DNA of 64,000 bases. It comes from Callorhinchus milii. Its lineage: Eukaryota. The notes beneath the pieces are model-generated. The model had not been told where the DNA came from. It worked only from the letters and a program-made list of their open reading frames with translations, and made no database searches. Shown here piece after piece: positions 37,619 to 51,442 of the stretch. The translations under genes were made by a program, and so were the position numbers. The stretch is from NCBI RefSeq assembly GCF_018977255.1, contig NW_024704744.1:20832001-20896000 (forward strand). Direction: 5' to 3'. The first letter of the stretch is position 1; each line of letters begins with the position of its first letter.

Positions 37619-40600
37619 GTGAGTGCTGTGCATGTTTGAAAACAACATTGCAAACCATGTAACCTTTAGGTAAAGGACGGAAGTATTAACAGTTTGCTTT
37701 GCAGATCGGAATATTTATTGCAGAACCGTCTGTTTTTTTTCTTTGAAGCCTTGAAGTGCATTTCCCCCAGTACCTGTGTGGCTTGTGCAACTGTTTGCCC
37801 TGTTGCCCAACTGCCAGGGGTGAGGGGCTGACTCTGTCCCCAGTTACCTGAGACCCTGATCCTACACTTAGCTTTGCCCTTTTCTGCACTGACCTGGATG
37901 GTGTGTTCAGTGTTAAAGCAGTTTCCTTCTGCCCCATTCTCATAATGTGTTCCCATTTCAACTGACTTGGACAGGAGCTGAAGCACTTTGAAAAAAAAAG
38001 GAATTTTTTTTCTGGTACAAAGTGACTGTGCACTTTGTACCAGAACAGGAGTCAGCCACCAACTTGCACACCGACTAGCCATAGATTTGCATTTCCCCCA
38101 TCTTTTCCCACTACAAACTATTCCATTCTGTGACGGGATCAATGGAGAAGTTGTGTGAATTAGTGTGAGGAAAGGTTTCTGTACACCAGAGCTGCAAACA
38201 ATGCAAAAAGTCAACCCAAACTGTTGGAACTCCCATCTTCCTGTTGCAGTGTCATGAAGATGAATGAGGTTATCATTCAGATAAGGCAGATGAATCAATT
38301 CCTAAAAGATTAGTTCGTGTTTTTTGGTGAAACTGAAGCAACTTTAAGAGCAGGATGTGAAGCCTTGTCTGATCTCTCACTGACACATCATGAAATGTGA
38401 TCGGATTAAATAATTTTATTAGTAATATAAATAATCTTTACATTTGCTGCAGTGCCTTTCACATCTGGCGGACGTCCCAAAGCGTTTTGCAGGATATATT
38501 TTACATAATGTGGAGAGACTATACGCTGCAGGAGAACAGAGGCCACCCACAAACTCCCACATGGACTTAGATTAGCATTTGTCTCACTTTCCCCATTACA
38601 CTTTGGTTACTCCAATTCCCCGGCCAAAACTTCTGAAATTGATTCTGTGGTGGGATTTATTATGGTTAATCTTCTTCTATCCCATTTCCTCTGCCTCGCT
38701 TCTTGTCTCCCGCCCCCGCCCCCCACCCCTCCCCCCATAAAAAAGTAATCAATGTGTTAGTGTTGATCACCCCTTTATCTCACCGGATCCTGCACTACCC
38801 CCCCTTAACCTGATGCCATCTCCACATGATTCCTCCCGACGTAAAAGACGCTATACAAATGTAATTTTGTTGTTGTTGTTGTTGATTCTTCTCCCTGTTC
38901 TCCAGAGGAATCAATCCCTCATTCACTCCTTCAACTCTGTTTCCCAGGTGAATTCCCCTTGTAAATGCAACAATGCCTTTTCCTCCCCTTATCTCTGTTC
39001 GTGACTCTGCTTTTTTTAGTGAAAAAAATACAGAATTGATGAATAATGTAGATCAGCGATAACGATCCAACTATTTACGTGACATCAGACAAGATGCTTT
39101 GTGGTGATTCCACACAGGTTGCAGTGGTTATTCATAATTAAGCGCTTGATCGGTTGAGGGCTTTTTTGTGTGAGACAGTACTTCCATAGAAGTCCTCTTG
39201 GACTCTATTTACTGCTCACTCTCTTCTCTTCAATGCTCCCTCTGATTTTTCCCTTTCTTTGTTTTGTCTTGTGTGCTGCTCCAACAATATCAATGCTCCT
39301 TCAGAAAATGTATCTCATCGTCCTCTTGGGCACTTTGTCTGATTGAGCTTCAGATCTTATCTGTGTCACTCATTTTGCTAACCTAAACTCTAGTTTATGT
39401 CATTTTCTATGTCATTTTCATAGACAGCTTTTAGACATCGCGTTTCCCTTTTTGATACTACGCCTACCCTCACCGCTCTCCACCCCTCCTAATCCCAACC
39501 ACCAGCTTAGTTGCGGATCCCTGACTGTCCAGCGCTTTGGGACGTCCTCCTGACGTGAAAAGCGCTATACAAATGTAATTTGTTGTTATTGTGCCTTTGT
39601 TTTACTAGTGCTTGAATACCTGACTTGTGCCTGAGAGTTTCTCTGTATCTCGTACTTCCTCTCATTCCAGTAATGTCTGTTAATAACCCATTAGCTACCC
39701 TGTTTTTGCCTATAGTGTGTGCTTTCTTGGTCTCGTCTTGCCCCACTTGCCCTAGTCAATCCTATAAAGGGCTTTGTCAGCCAATCTTTTTCCGCGGCAG
39801 TTCCATTCTTTCAGATGCAGATCGAGCTGCTTTGTATTTCCCCCTTTTTAATTTCAGGTTTCTGGCATTTGAAGTCTCTTTGTCTTGCTCATTTGTTTCA
39901 CATGAGTAATACCACTGTGATCCATTTGGGTATAGTGAACCCTGCCTTTCATCTTGGCTAAGAGTTTGCCAATGAAAGTGCCACTACCTGCTGAAAAGGC
40001 AATAAGTTATTATAATTGTTTTTAACCTCTAGCCTCAAATCATGTAACTTGTACTGCCTTTTTTTTCGGTCAGCTGGGTGTCTGAGACTTGCCTCAAAAC
40101 TCTTATTGTTTCAATCTTGTAACAACTCTATTTATATAGGAACATTGCACGGAAACAGGCCATATGGCCCAAGTATTTGTTTTTTAAAGCAATTAACTTT
40201 TTAAAAATTTATTTTTGAAAGAAATTTAAGACTTAATCACTCTACAACAGTGTGCTGGGATTGGCCATGATGAGATATAATAGAGCTGGTATTCCAAAAA
40301 CATACATGATTACAACAACAATTTGAATTCATACAGCGCTCTTCACGCAGGGTAACGTCCCAGAGCGCTTGATTAACCAGTGCCTTTAACTGGAGTACAT
40401 TCATTCCTGGCTGGATTCCCGTTCTTATATCCATGCTAAAATGTACACACAGTACTGTGTATCTTTGGCACCCTCTTGTGGTCAGTTTTCCTTGAGAAAG
40501 GGGTAATTGCTTTTACATTCGGGTCTTTTAATTTAAAACTGTGATTTTTAAAATTGGATTTCTTCTATTTAAAGTTATTCTGAGCACGATACACATCACT

Positions 40601-42001
40601 TCCCACTGCTGTAATCCAAAGGCAATGATCTTATCAGCTTCCAGCATTGTCACAGTTTCACATGACATTCACTTTTGTCCTTCACTGATAGCTTCGTTTG
40701 TTATTAATGATAATACACCTTGTAAATTGTAGAAAGGATCATTTATGGTTTTTTTCTATGGTCTGTGAATTATTAAATGCATAAAATTACAATATACTTT
40801 TCAATTAAACTATGTAGATAAACCATTTATTTAAAAATTCAATTTATCAAGACAGTTTAAAACTTTTAAAGAGTCTTAGGTATAAAAAGGAGTTTTAGGC
40901 GTATATGTGTGCTGGCTAGGCTTGGCTGATTACTCAACTAATCATACTTACATGAGGGGAGTAACCAGTAATAGTCCACTTACTCCTATCTGGTGGATTT
41001 AGTAGCAAAATGGCTTCAGTCTAATACCCAGGTTAAACTTTGTGATATCCATGTTACATATATGTTCAGGCTGAAATTACATCTGGAATTTTGCACAAAA
41101 ATTAAGAATTTGGTACAGAAAACAAGATCAACTTACTTCAGGTGTTAAAGTTGTTAATAATAATCATTTAGTTAACTTGCATTTGATATAGTGAATTTCA
41201 TATGATTGACATGATTCACACTGGGAGGATGTCTTACAGCGCTTCACATGATTTACTGTTAAGTGTAGTGTTGGTGTATATTTAGGTAAATTAATGCACA
41301 GAAATGTCTCACAAACAGGACACTTGGAGAAACTCCCTTTGCTTTTCGAATAATGCCATGTGATATTTGACACCCACCTGAACAGGCAATCAGGACCTCA
41401 GTTTGATGTCTCATCTGAAAGATGACATCTCCAAAATACATTTCCCAGCACCCTGATGACCTTTCTGTTGGACACAGATGTTCTTTAGAACCTGAAACCA
41501 ATGATAAGTGGAAAAAAATAATCTATCTCCTGCTATAAATGAACTACAAGTGGGGTTAGAGCTCTAAGGTAGCCTTGGGTATTTGAATGTGGGAGAGGGG
41601 AGCTGGTGGAATCATAAATTTAGAATTTCACAATCCACCATAGGGTCACTGGCCTAATGTTCAGCATGAATGTTTCTACCATGTTGTTTTGACGATCAGT
41701 TTAGAAAGAACAACTTGTGACTTAGCTTTGGCTCAGCACTTTTGGTGTGGTTGGTTTCAAAATGCTGATGTATTTTTGAAGGAAAATGTATGAATCACAT
41801 CTACTTTCTTCCACCCCATCCACACCCTCAACCCTATTTACTGGCACTCTGATTTTTAAAAAAATTTTTTTTGTAGAACTATGAGAACCTAGAGTAGATT
41901 TATAAATGAAATAGGAAGGTATTACCAACAACAACAACAACAAGATTATATTTGTATAGCGCCTTTCACGCCGGGGGGAACGTCCCAAGGCACTGAAAGC
42001 C

Positions 42002-42410
42002 TTAATCCGAGATACGATTTTAATGATACATTACCTACCACACCCTCCAGAAGGAGGTTTAAATAAAAAAGGAAAAAAGGACATAGGACATATTACCATC
42101 CAATATGTCCTTGTTGAGGAAATCCAGTGTGTTGTATTCAAATCAGAATGTTGCCTCTCCTGTTAGGTAAGCGGAAGGAATGGATAGGCTCTTTTTTTGT
42201 TAGAATTGTGAGATGGAAGATCAAAATCATTCAGATGAATTGTTCTTCTTTCGCATTAATGACCAATGAAGCCATCTGTTGTAACTTTATAATATGTATA
42301 TCCTTCTTTGTTTTTGCATTTGCTTGAGGCAATTCCTAACCTTTTCTACTTACACCTCCTTCTGGAGGGTGTGGTAGGTAATGCCTCATTAAAATCATAT
42401 CTCGGATTAA
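42002..42410. mobile_element. MITE / non-autonomous DNA transposon bounded by TTAA
   Basis: 57-bp terminal inverted repeats including TTAA (54/57 match), extending imperfectly to ~70 bp; non-coding interior. Confidence 0.75.
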
Positions 42411-42660
42411 ATGAGTATTTTGCATTGGTAGCAGGAATGTACGAGTCAGGTTCTTAAGAACTAGAAGCAAAAATAATGAAGTGAAAAGCTATGTTAGATC
42501 AGTGCGAGATCAGAATCCAAGCTAACTTGCATTTCTTTATAGGTTAAGTTGAAAATCTTTTAAAAATCTGCCATAATTTTTACGTCTGTGTGAGAGGTAG
42601 TCAAAACACCAACAAGTTTTTCACAGCACAATTCACTTTCAATTGCTGTGAACACACAGA

Positions 42661-42986
42661 GGATCTGGGTTCAATTCCCAGGCAGGGAGAAATAGTAGCC
42701 AAACTTCCTTATTTCACACGCCCCTGTTTACTTAACAGTAAGTAGGAACCAGGTTGTTAGTTGATTGGCGGATCACTTTTCCGGCGGTAATAATCCCCCC
42801 CTCAAAAAAGAAACATTTGGACACTCAATCCACGACTGTTTGTGGGACATTGCTGTGCACAATTGGCTGCCACATTCGCCCACAAATATACAGTCAATTC
42901 ACTTTACAGTGTGTTCTGTGAAGCGCTTTGGGACGTCCTCCCGACGTGAAAAGCCTATATCAAATGCAAGGATTATTATTATTATT
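42661..42986 (+). mobile_element. tRNA-headed SINE, long form, slightly 5'-truncated, young-type tail
   Basis: B box GGTTCAATTCC, core, (ATT)n. Confidence 0.9.
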
Positions 42987-44580
42987 ATGAACGTTTCTAC
43001 CATGTTGTTTTGACGCTCAGTTTAGAAAGAACAACTTGTGACTTAGCTTTGGCTCAGCACTTTTGGTGTGGTTAGTTTCAATATGAATCGAATGCAAGGA
43101 TTGTTATTATTATTATTAATGTGAGCAATTCTAGTACAAGGTACCACACTCAGGAGCCAAGAACATAACCTGAATCATGTTGCCTACACACAGCACTGCT
43201 CTGACTTTATCTGTGAATTGAGTGAAGTCAGCTGGACTGCGAGACACACACATCTCCCAAGTCAAATTAAAGAAAGTACAGAATTCAGGAGTTTTCAAAG
43301 AGAACCATGTTTTATCTTTCACCAACAAAATGTGTTCAACAAAAATCAGTTAAAAACTCACTAAGGATCCCCAATTTTAATACGTCAATGCAATTTTGAC
43401 TGTTACCTCAGACCTTGAAGTTAGAATCTGTTTTGCCACTTTGATTACCAAACATAAAATGACGAGCCACCCCCAAAATGCGCACAAATGTGGTTTCTTG
43501 CCATAGGTTCAAACCCCATCTGTGCTGAGGTAGTTGAATTTGGTGCCTCAGCTGATAATTCAGACTGGTTCCTTGGTGATGGCTGATGCTGTACAGAAAG
43601 TAATGGATTTGTATGTTCCAAGCAGCATGTTCCCCTCTCTCCCTGGCTCGGCATCAAACTCCGCCACTGTTAAGTGCTCCGAGACATAACCCTGCATGAA
43701 GGGCGCTACATTAACCCAAGTTGTTGTTGTTAATGTCATTGAGCTTCCCTGTGGGTTGAGATGCCTTGAGAAGTGTCCATGTCAAGCAGGGATGGAAATT
43801 GAAAACTGGCGGTGGCAGGTTTGGCATAACAGTCAAAAGGTAGCTTTAAAAGTGAATCCACAGGAGATATTTGGTTACTAAAATTATTTCCTTTTTGAAA
43901 ATAAAGAATCTTGTTTTTGAACAGACCTGTTGAGTAAAATCAAATCCTGTTCTTATTGTTTCACATCATAATTTAATTCTTCTTCCAATAGAGATATCCT
44001 TAGTGTTTAGGAAATTTAATATTGTGATGTGCTGATTAGGATTTGGCTGCGGGGGCAAAGAAAGAGACTGTAAATACAGTATTGTTGTAGTATACTATAG
44101 TCTGTCTATGAGCTCTAACATTTGGTGGAAACTGTGATATGTATTGAGATTTCACAGCTTTGTGCTCTTTGACAATGACCCTGCATCCACATAAGCACAG
44201 TTGGAAGATTGGTTCCTTTGTACTGGTTTGGAGGAAGGGTGTTTACAAAGCTCTATAAATGGTGCCAAGGCATGAACACAGCAAAGGAACTTGGATGTTT
44301 TTCCCACTTTTTTAAAAAAAAGTTTTGAATTTGTTTCCAATTCTGGACAATATTGGCTCCTTGCATACCTCTGCAAGATTCTCTCTACTTTGGTGATTGT
44401 CTTATTTATTTCTATCTCTAACAGTTTATGACAGTGATAAAAGGAGAGATTATGTTACCATTGTGAACACGTGTGTGATGCTAGAACACATATAGTTTTC
44501 AATATTTTGATTAAGTACTTGATAAACCATTCTCACCAGAGCACGTCTTTACTAACTTCACCTTTAGGATATGTAGTTGT

Positions 44581-44953
44581 GGAGTCCTGTAACTCAGTGG
44601 TTAGAGCACTCACCTCGCAAGTGAGAGACCTGGGTTCAATACCCGGCGGGCGAAATGTTGGCATGTTTCCTTACTCCACATGCCTCTGTTTACCTAGCAG
44701 TAAGTAGGAATCTGGTTGTTAGTTGACTCGCGGATCGCTTTTCCGGCGGTACTAATTCCTTCGAAAAATAACAATAAGTTAGTGACTTCAATCCACGACT
44801 GTTTGTGGGACTCTGCTGTGTGCAATTGGCTGCCACATTTCGCCCGCAAAGTATCCAGTCAATTTACTTTACAGTATAGTCTGTGAAGCGTTTTGCGACG
44901 TCTCTCAAAGGAGGGATAAGGCGCTTTATCAAATGCAAGGATTATTATTATTA
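44581..44953 (+). mobile_element. tRNA-headed SINE, long form
   Basis: Full length; A and B boxes. Confidence 0.93.
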
Positions 44954-45584
44954 TGTAAGTATATAATAAGTATATTTAACTTTGACATTCCTGTGTTAAG
45001 GCTTGAAATAGGACCGTAATGTAGTCTCAAATGATCATTCCACATTGCATTAATATTACATGTTTTCGGCTTCCCAAATCCCTTCAACGCTGTGCATTTA
45101 CTAATGATAATATGAAGTTTTGTCAGTTACAACAGAAATGGAGGGTGGGGACCTCAATTGCAGTCTGTCTCTCCACTGATTGTAAGTGGTGCTGTACACA
45201 ACGTATTTCCTCTGAGGCTGCCTCTAAATAGCGAAACAGGTTAATCAGACCCTTCTCCAACACTAGTAATAGTATACACCTCCATTTAAGAATTTAAAGA
45301 CAATGGGGCATATGTAACTAACCATTTAAATCAGCGCCTTGGGACGTCCTTCCGACGTGAAAGGTGCTATACAAATGTAATCTTGTTGTTGTTGTTGAAT
45401 AGCCTGGTACCGGTGCAAGCAACTAACTGGAAAAGATGTATCCCAAAATGTATCTATCTGGTGGTGACTGAGAAGAAGAAAGCAATATCAGATTTGCGTT
45501 AGGGTGCCACAGGCAGGCTTATTGTTATCTTGTGGTGCAATGTATTGACTTTAAATCAGCAGTTTTAAGTGACAGTAATCACAA

Positions 45585-45725
45585 CACAAAACACATAATA
45601 CTGCAGATGCTGGAAATCTGAAACAAAAGCAAATGTCGCTGGGAACACTCAGCAGGTCAGGCAGCATCTATGGAGAAAGGAAGGTGAGTCAACGTTTCGG
45701 GTCCACGGCCCTTCGTCAGAACTGG
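45585..45725 (-). mobile_element. Penelope-like terminal repeat remnant with a hammerhead-like core
   Basis: Minus strand CTGACGAAGGGCCGTGGACCCGAAACGTT followed by GATGCTGCCTGACCTGCTGAGTGTTCCCAGC. Confidence 0.65.
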
Positions 45726-46744
45726 GGTACGTTGGGAGGGAGAGGTTAAAGCTAACTCGATTGATGAGTGGTTAAATCTTCTTCAAAGAGCAAAAATATT
45801 GCACAGAACTTACTTCTGTTATGAAGGGGGCATATTAGGCCAAAGTTAGGAGCTTCTCTTTCTTTAAAAAGAGGCTGGGTTTTAGCTCAAGCTTTACTTC
45901 CTTCCATACCATTGGTGATCCAACAGGCAAAATCAGTCACAAAGCAATCTGCAGATCAGATGCTATGCAGAATAGATAGATTTTATGCTAAGCAGCTCCC
46001 ACACAGAAATAGGGCATGGTGGGTGACGTCAAAAGCTGTGTTGCTCAATACTTCCCTTTCAGTGTGTACGTTCTTCCTGTTCCTGGGATTGTGGTGTGTC
46101 AGTTGCCCTTTGTTTCCATGCATAAGTTGAATGAAAGCAAATGTTGTCTCATCTCTGTAATTGTTCTGATTGCGATTGTTTGCAAAACTTGCCCAAAAAT
46201 GTGATGTTCTGTGGATAATCAAAAGATGCTGCACAAAAACATTCTAAAGCAGCCCAAACCTTTTATTTATATATTTTTAAAAATCTGTGTTTCGTGCATG
46301 CCTTTTGCAGCCTTTTCCCTTTTGGAGTTATTTAATCTTTCTTCACTTGACAATCAGCAGCAAGTGTGTCGCCATTAGTAGATCTATAGTATAAGCAAGG
46401 TGTAAAAAGAGACGACTAATGGTTGCACTGAAACACAGATTGCCCAAAGAAGTATTTAACCTTTAGGTTCAGTGCAGCCTGAAATTCTTAGTGATAAGAT
46501 CATGCAGAGTTTTGATAAAGCCTGAAGTTCCGTCTGAATTTTGAAACCAATATTTCTTGGTTCTTTTTAAGAATTTCAGAACTAGTTATCTGTTTACCAG
46601 GTGCATGAATCCTGATGAGATAGTATTAATGAATTAGGAATCTAACAAGTGGAATTGCCTAGAATACAATTTGTATTTTACCTAACAGAATACTTTAATT
46701 TTGCTTTCATAATACAAGATCATCTAGAGTTACCATATTTAGTG

Positions 46745-47030
46745 TGTCAGCCTGGCGCAGTGATAGCACTGCTACCTCTGAGTTAGAAGGTTGTGGGTTC
46801 AAGCTCCACGTCAGGAATCACATAGTCTAAGCTGACTCTCCAATGCAGTGCTGTTGTTATGTTGTTGGAGGTGCCCCTTGAGCCAAATCTGGTGGGAAAC
46901 ACAATACATCCTTGGAGGTGCCGTCCTTTGGATGAGACGTTAATCCGAGCTCATGTGGACATTAAAAATTCCATGGCACTATTCAAAAAGAGAAGGGAGT
47001 TTCTCCCGATGTCCTGGCCAACGATTCTCC
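46745..47030 (+). mobile_element. Old Deu-domain SINE
   Basis: TGTCAGCCTGGCGCAGTGATAGCACT...CTCTGAGTTAGAAGGTTGTGGGTTCAAG head. Confidence 0.7.
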
Positions 47031-50000
47031 CAGTGGAACCTTTCTTGATACTTTTATTCCCTGAATACATGTAGGCAATTTGATGAACAGTTGATTTGAT
47101 TTATAAAAAAGCAGACATTTTTTAATGTGCACCAAACAGCATTAATAGTTTTCGGTGGTGGGGGGCAAGAAAGGAACGGATAGAGAAGCTTAACATTGTG
47201 ACTGTGAAGTGATTGTATCGCAAGTCAGAACATGGGTATTGTAAATATTGGGTGTTGGCAGCTGGCTTTATTGTGAAACTGAAATGAATCTTTGTAGATT
47301 AAACAGTGCTGTAAAAACAATCCACTTCTCATCCCAACATTTAGTGTCGGCGTGTGAATCATCATCGAGTTTCTTTCTCATGTTAATGTTGTCTTTGGTA
47401 TAGTATAGCAGGTCATGGCTTGTAAATCTAGGTGTACCAAGGGCAGATACATGGTTTCTTCAGATAGAATCTGCTGTGAAGAATATGTCTTTAAACTATG
47501 TTCACGGAACCTGACTCATATTCACTTGTAATAGCATGCCCAATATCTGCGAACCATTCTGAATGATCATTGGATATGTGACTTGTGAATAAGGTTTTGT
47601 ACCTTGCCCAATATGGAAAGTAGTTGGACTGTCTGCTCTTGCAGCTGTTGGCCTTGGTGTGGTTTTTGATCATCCTCATACAGATTTGGGAGTCAGAAAT
47701 TAACACACTGATGCTCCATGTTCCTGATTTATCATAGTTGTAGATGAAGTGTGTGTTTTTGTCTTAAAATGTTGTTTGAGAGAGAGAGAACTGACATTAG
47801 CAAATGGATCCAATTCATTAGAGTTGCAGTTTTTTTTTGTAAATGGGACCTAGAATGTTGTTTGATTATAGATACTCTTGTTGTTTCGTATTTAAAGGGT
47901 GTTGCTCTTAATTTAGAATTTTATATTTATAAACAGGAGTGTCAGCTTGAAGAATTGGGGCTGGATCTCGGGCTGGGTGCATGTGGCAAAGTAATCCCAA
48001 GGCTGTATTTCCTGACTGTAACCACAAGGATGTATTGTGTTTCCCACCAGATTTGGCTCAAGGGGCACGTTTGCTGGTATCGCTCTTGATTATGTTGTTT
48101 TCAGAGATAAGAGCTGATATCTTTCAAAGCAAACAAAAATTCTTTCCGCCAACTCCTACCCCCCACCCCCACCCCTCTTCTGTAGTCAATTGTAGAAAAG
48201 GAATACAAAATTCAATGTGAATGTGGGAAATGGATATGGATACCTGTTAATAGCTTCCATAATTCTGCTAACAGTGGTGTGGTCATTGTGCATGCCTAAT
48301 TTGTCTGCCTAATCTCATCAGAAGTAGTGGTTGTCTACTGAAATTTGCAGTTGCAATAGTGTCGATCTGGTGCTGGTACAACACGATGTATCTGAAGTAA
48401 TTTACATGACATTTCAATAGAGTTGACACTGTTCCTTCTGTCATATTGCTGAATATGATTTGTATTAAATTAAATAATTAATTAAATTGTGTTTAATTAT
48501 AAATGAACAAAGTTAAACCATGTTACAAGTGTGGGTTAAAGTCCATCAATCATAAGGCATCTAATAATTAAAGTCTTGTTTTTCTTTGAAACCTCCTAAT
48601 GTCCTTTCCTGGAGATATTTGACTCTTTGCATTAATTGGGTGCTGGTTGCCTTCTGATCATATCCATATGGTGATTGCTGGCAGGCTTTTACAATCAAAC
48701 TTGACCCAATAACTTGACTCAGACTCCTCCGCATTGGACATAAACTTTCATCTGGTGGTACACTAAGGAGCTTAAAAATAAATTGTACAATCATACAAGC
48801 AATTCCGTGCTCTATTTTAAGCTGTAACCAAACCAAATAGGTTAGTCTGTGATTCGAAGCCAGGCTCTGCAGAATACTTTACAGTGAACGGAACCAATCT
48901 CCTCTGTGCACGCTGCCACAATCCTGCAGTTTTAGTTTCTCAGTCAAGCTGCTTTGTGGTCTTTTTGTGGCCTCTATGGTTTTCCAGAATACCTGTAAGA
49001 TTAAGAATATGATTTTTATGCCTTGGACTACATTTTAATCAATTTATAAAATTGGGCTCTTTAATGTCCCCTGAATAGCTATTCTTGTTGTTTTAAAATT
49101 AAGCAGTAGAGACAAGTTAAGACAGGGTCAAGATATCAGTAGTTTACTGCAGTCTAAACTGATACTCCAATACAGTGGGTTGGTCATTCATTTCATAGCT
49201 GTTTTGGGAACATTGAACTGGAGTTTTGCCATAGTCTACAAATACACAACCACTCCATTTCACAGTAAATCCAGTGAAATGCGTTGGGATGTCCTCCCGA
49301 TGTGATAAGCCCTATACCAAATACAAAGATATTGTTTATTCCTCTTCCATCCTTTTTCTTCAATCCTTCAGTGTTGAAGCTGAGATAATACTGTAGGTTT
49401 ACAAAATGTTCAGTAGTGATCAAATCCTGGCCACACAATGTTTTGTTATGCAAGCGCTGTGTTGGGTAAGTGATTCTATCTATTGCAGCACAATGAGTTG
49501 GGTATAATTGTACAGAGCTGCCTTTATACATGTCAGACAATTTCAATTGGAGAGTATTAAGTAGATCGGAGTGAATTACAGAACAAAAAGTCAACAAGAG
49601 GTTTAAATACCATAAGTAATGAGATCAAAGCTAGATTGGATGGTTAGTCATTTGATCCCCAAGCCCATGTTACTGCCAAAAACCCTCTTTCACCCACCTA
49701 CTATTTCTAATATTTAAACTGTTATTAAATATCCTGTGGGACATCACAGAACATCTCATTTCTTTGGCTATTTGTATCGCACAAATTTTTCCATCTTATA
49801 TGATGTACTATCGCCTGTAGCAATGAATTTTCTGTAATCATTGCATAAATATTATTCTGTGAAACTTGGTAATTCTAGGTTCCTGCTAAGGTATTACTTT
49901 TCACAATACCATTTCTGATGACTGTGGATTACTTTTAATTCAAATTTTTTTTACAATTGGCTTGGTCTGAAGTTATAATTCGGGGTTTATGTGCAGTAGA

Positions 50001-51004
50001 GTACATACTGAACCTACCCCAACAAGGGGAGCTCTTCAAACTTGTAGTAACTGTAGTTGTTACTTTTGAAAACTTCTATCTGATGAATGCTGACAGATAC
50101 TCGCTTGCGCTGGCTCATCTCTAAATATACATTTGAAGAGAAAATCACACTGGACAGCATTAATTCAACTTTTATTAAGAATTGTTGTAGACACATTATA
50201 ATGAAAGTCACATCACATTCTATAATTCTGGTTACTGTGTGTTTGTGTGTACATTACAATAGATCCCAGCATGCATGGGTGTGACAGTATTAAATTACAT
50301 TTAGTCGCATGTACTACTATGTGTATTTGTCTGTCTGTGTGTGTGTGTGACTGTGAAGGAATGGCTCATCAGTAAAATATTTCACTTCCCATAGATGGCC
50401 ATGGGAGAGGATTATGAGAAATTGAGAGACTGATTATAACTTACTACAGACTGGTTCATATGAATCCAATCAGATAGTTAGGATGACATGTATTCATTCA
50501 CACGTGTTGTGCAGGNAAAAAAATGTCACTTGCGATCATACTCCTGACAGCAAGAAGACCTCACCCTAACAAGGAATTAGATGTACATTACGTCACTGTG
50601 GAGTAAGGGCATTGAATCATTCCCCCAAACAGACATTGCTGATATTGAGGCTTTCTAACAAAATGTTTTTCAGTAACTCGGTTGCAGTCTCGCAAATACA
50701 ATGGAGAGTTTTCCTAAAATTACTCCGAAACACCAAGAATCTCCCATGTGTACACACACTCTCTATACATTCAGGCGGGAGTGGAAGACATTAGAGTTTA
50801 AAATTGCAAGAGGACATTTCTGAAGAGATTTTGAAGTTAAAATTGCCTACTAACCAAAACTCAATTAGGTCTTAATGGTTTTATAAACACATGCTTATGC
50901 TGACTCCCTTTTCACTTACAAGTCTATTTCTAATGATCAGAAAACTGTCCTCAGGTTTATCCCACTTTTATCCCAGAAACATCCATAAAGTGAGTGACCA
51001 GTTT

Positions 51005-51272
51005 TATCAAGAGGATGGTGGCTAGGACATTGGAAGAAACTCCCTTCCCCTTTTGAATGACGACATGAGATCTTTTAACGTCAATCTGATCAGGTGGATG
51101 GGACCTCAGTTTAATATCTCATTCGAAAGACAGAACCTCGAACAATGTAGCATACTCCTAGCACTGTATTGGAGTGTCAGTCTAGACAGTGAGTAAAAGT
51201 CCTAACATGGAGTTTGAATCTACAGCCTTCTGACTCAGAGGAAAAAGAGTGGTACCAACTGAGCCCAGGTGA
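51005..51272 (-). mobile_element. Old Deu-domain SINE
   Basis: Reverse complement of the 46745 family. Confidence 0.7.
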
Positions 51273-51442
51273 TATCTTGTCATACCGGATGAACACTGTC
51301 AAGACTGATTAATGCAGACCTTGGGCATTATTAACATACCTCATCTCAGCCTTTGAACATTTGCCAGGAATAGGAAGGCTTTGAAATAGTCAATGCCAAT
51401 GGAGCACAATGATGATTATTTAGTAAACTTTAGTCAATTTAG

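Noticed and set aside
37666-38298. 210-aa antisense ORF near the sdc1 promoter
   Set aside because: No recognisable domain or coding-like composition and a non-ATG start; compatible with chance.
50516-50516. Ambiguous base N
   Set aside because: It is an assembly ambiguity next to an A run with no biological meaning, although it shows the consensus is imperfect near homopolymers.
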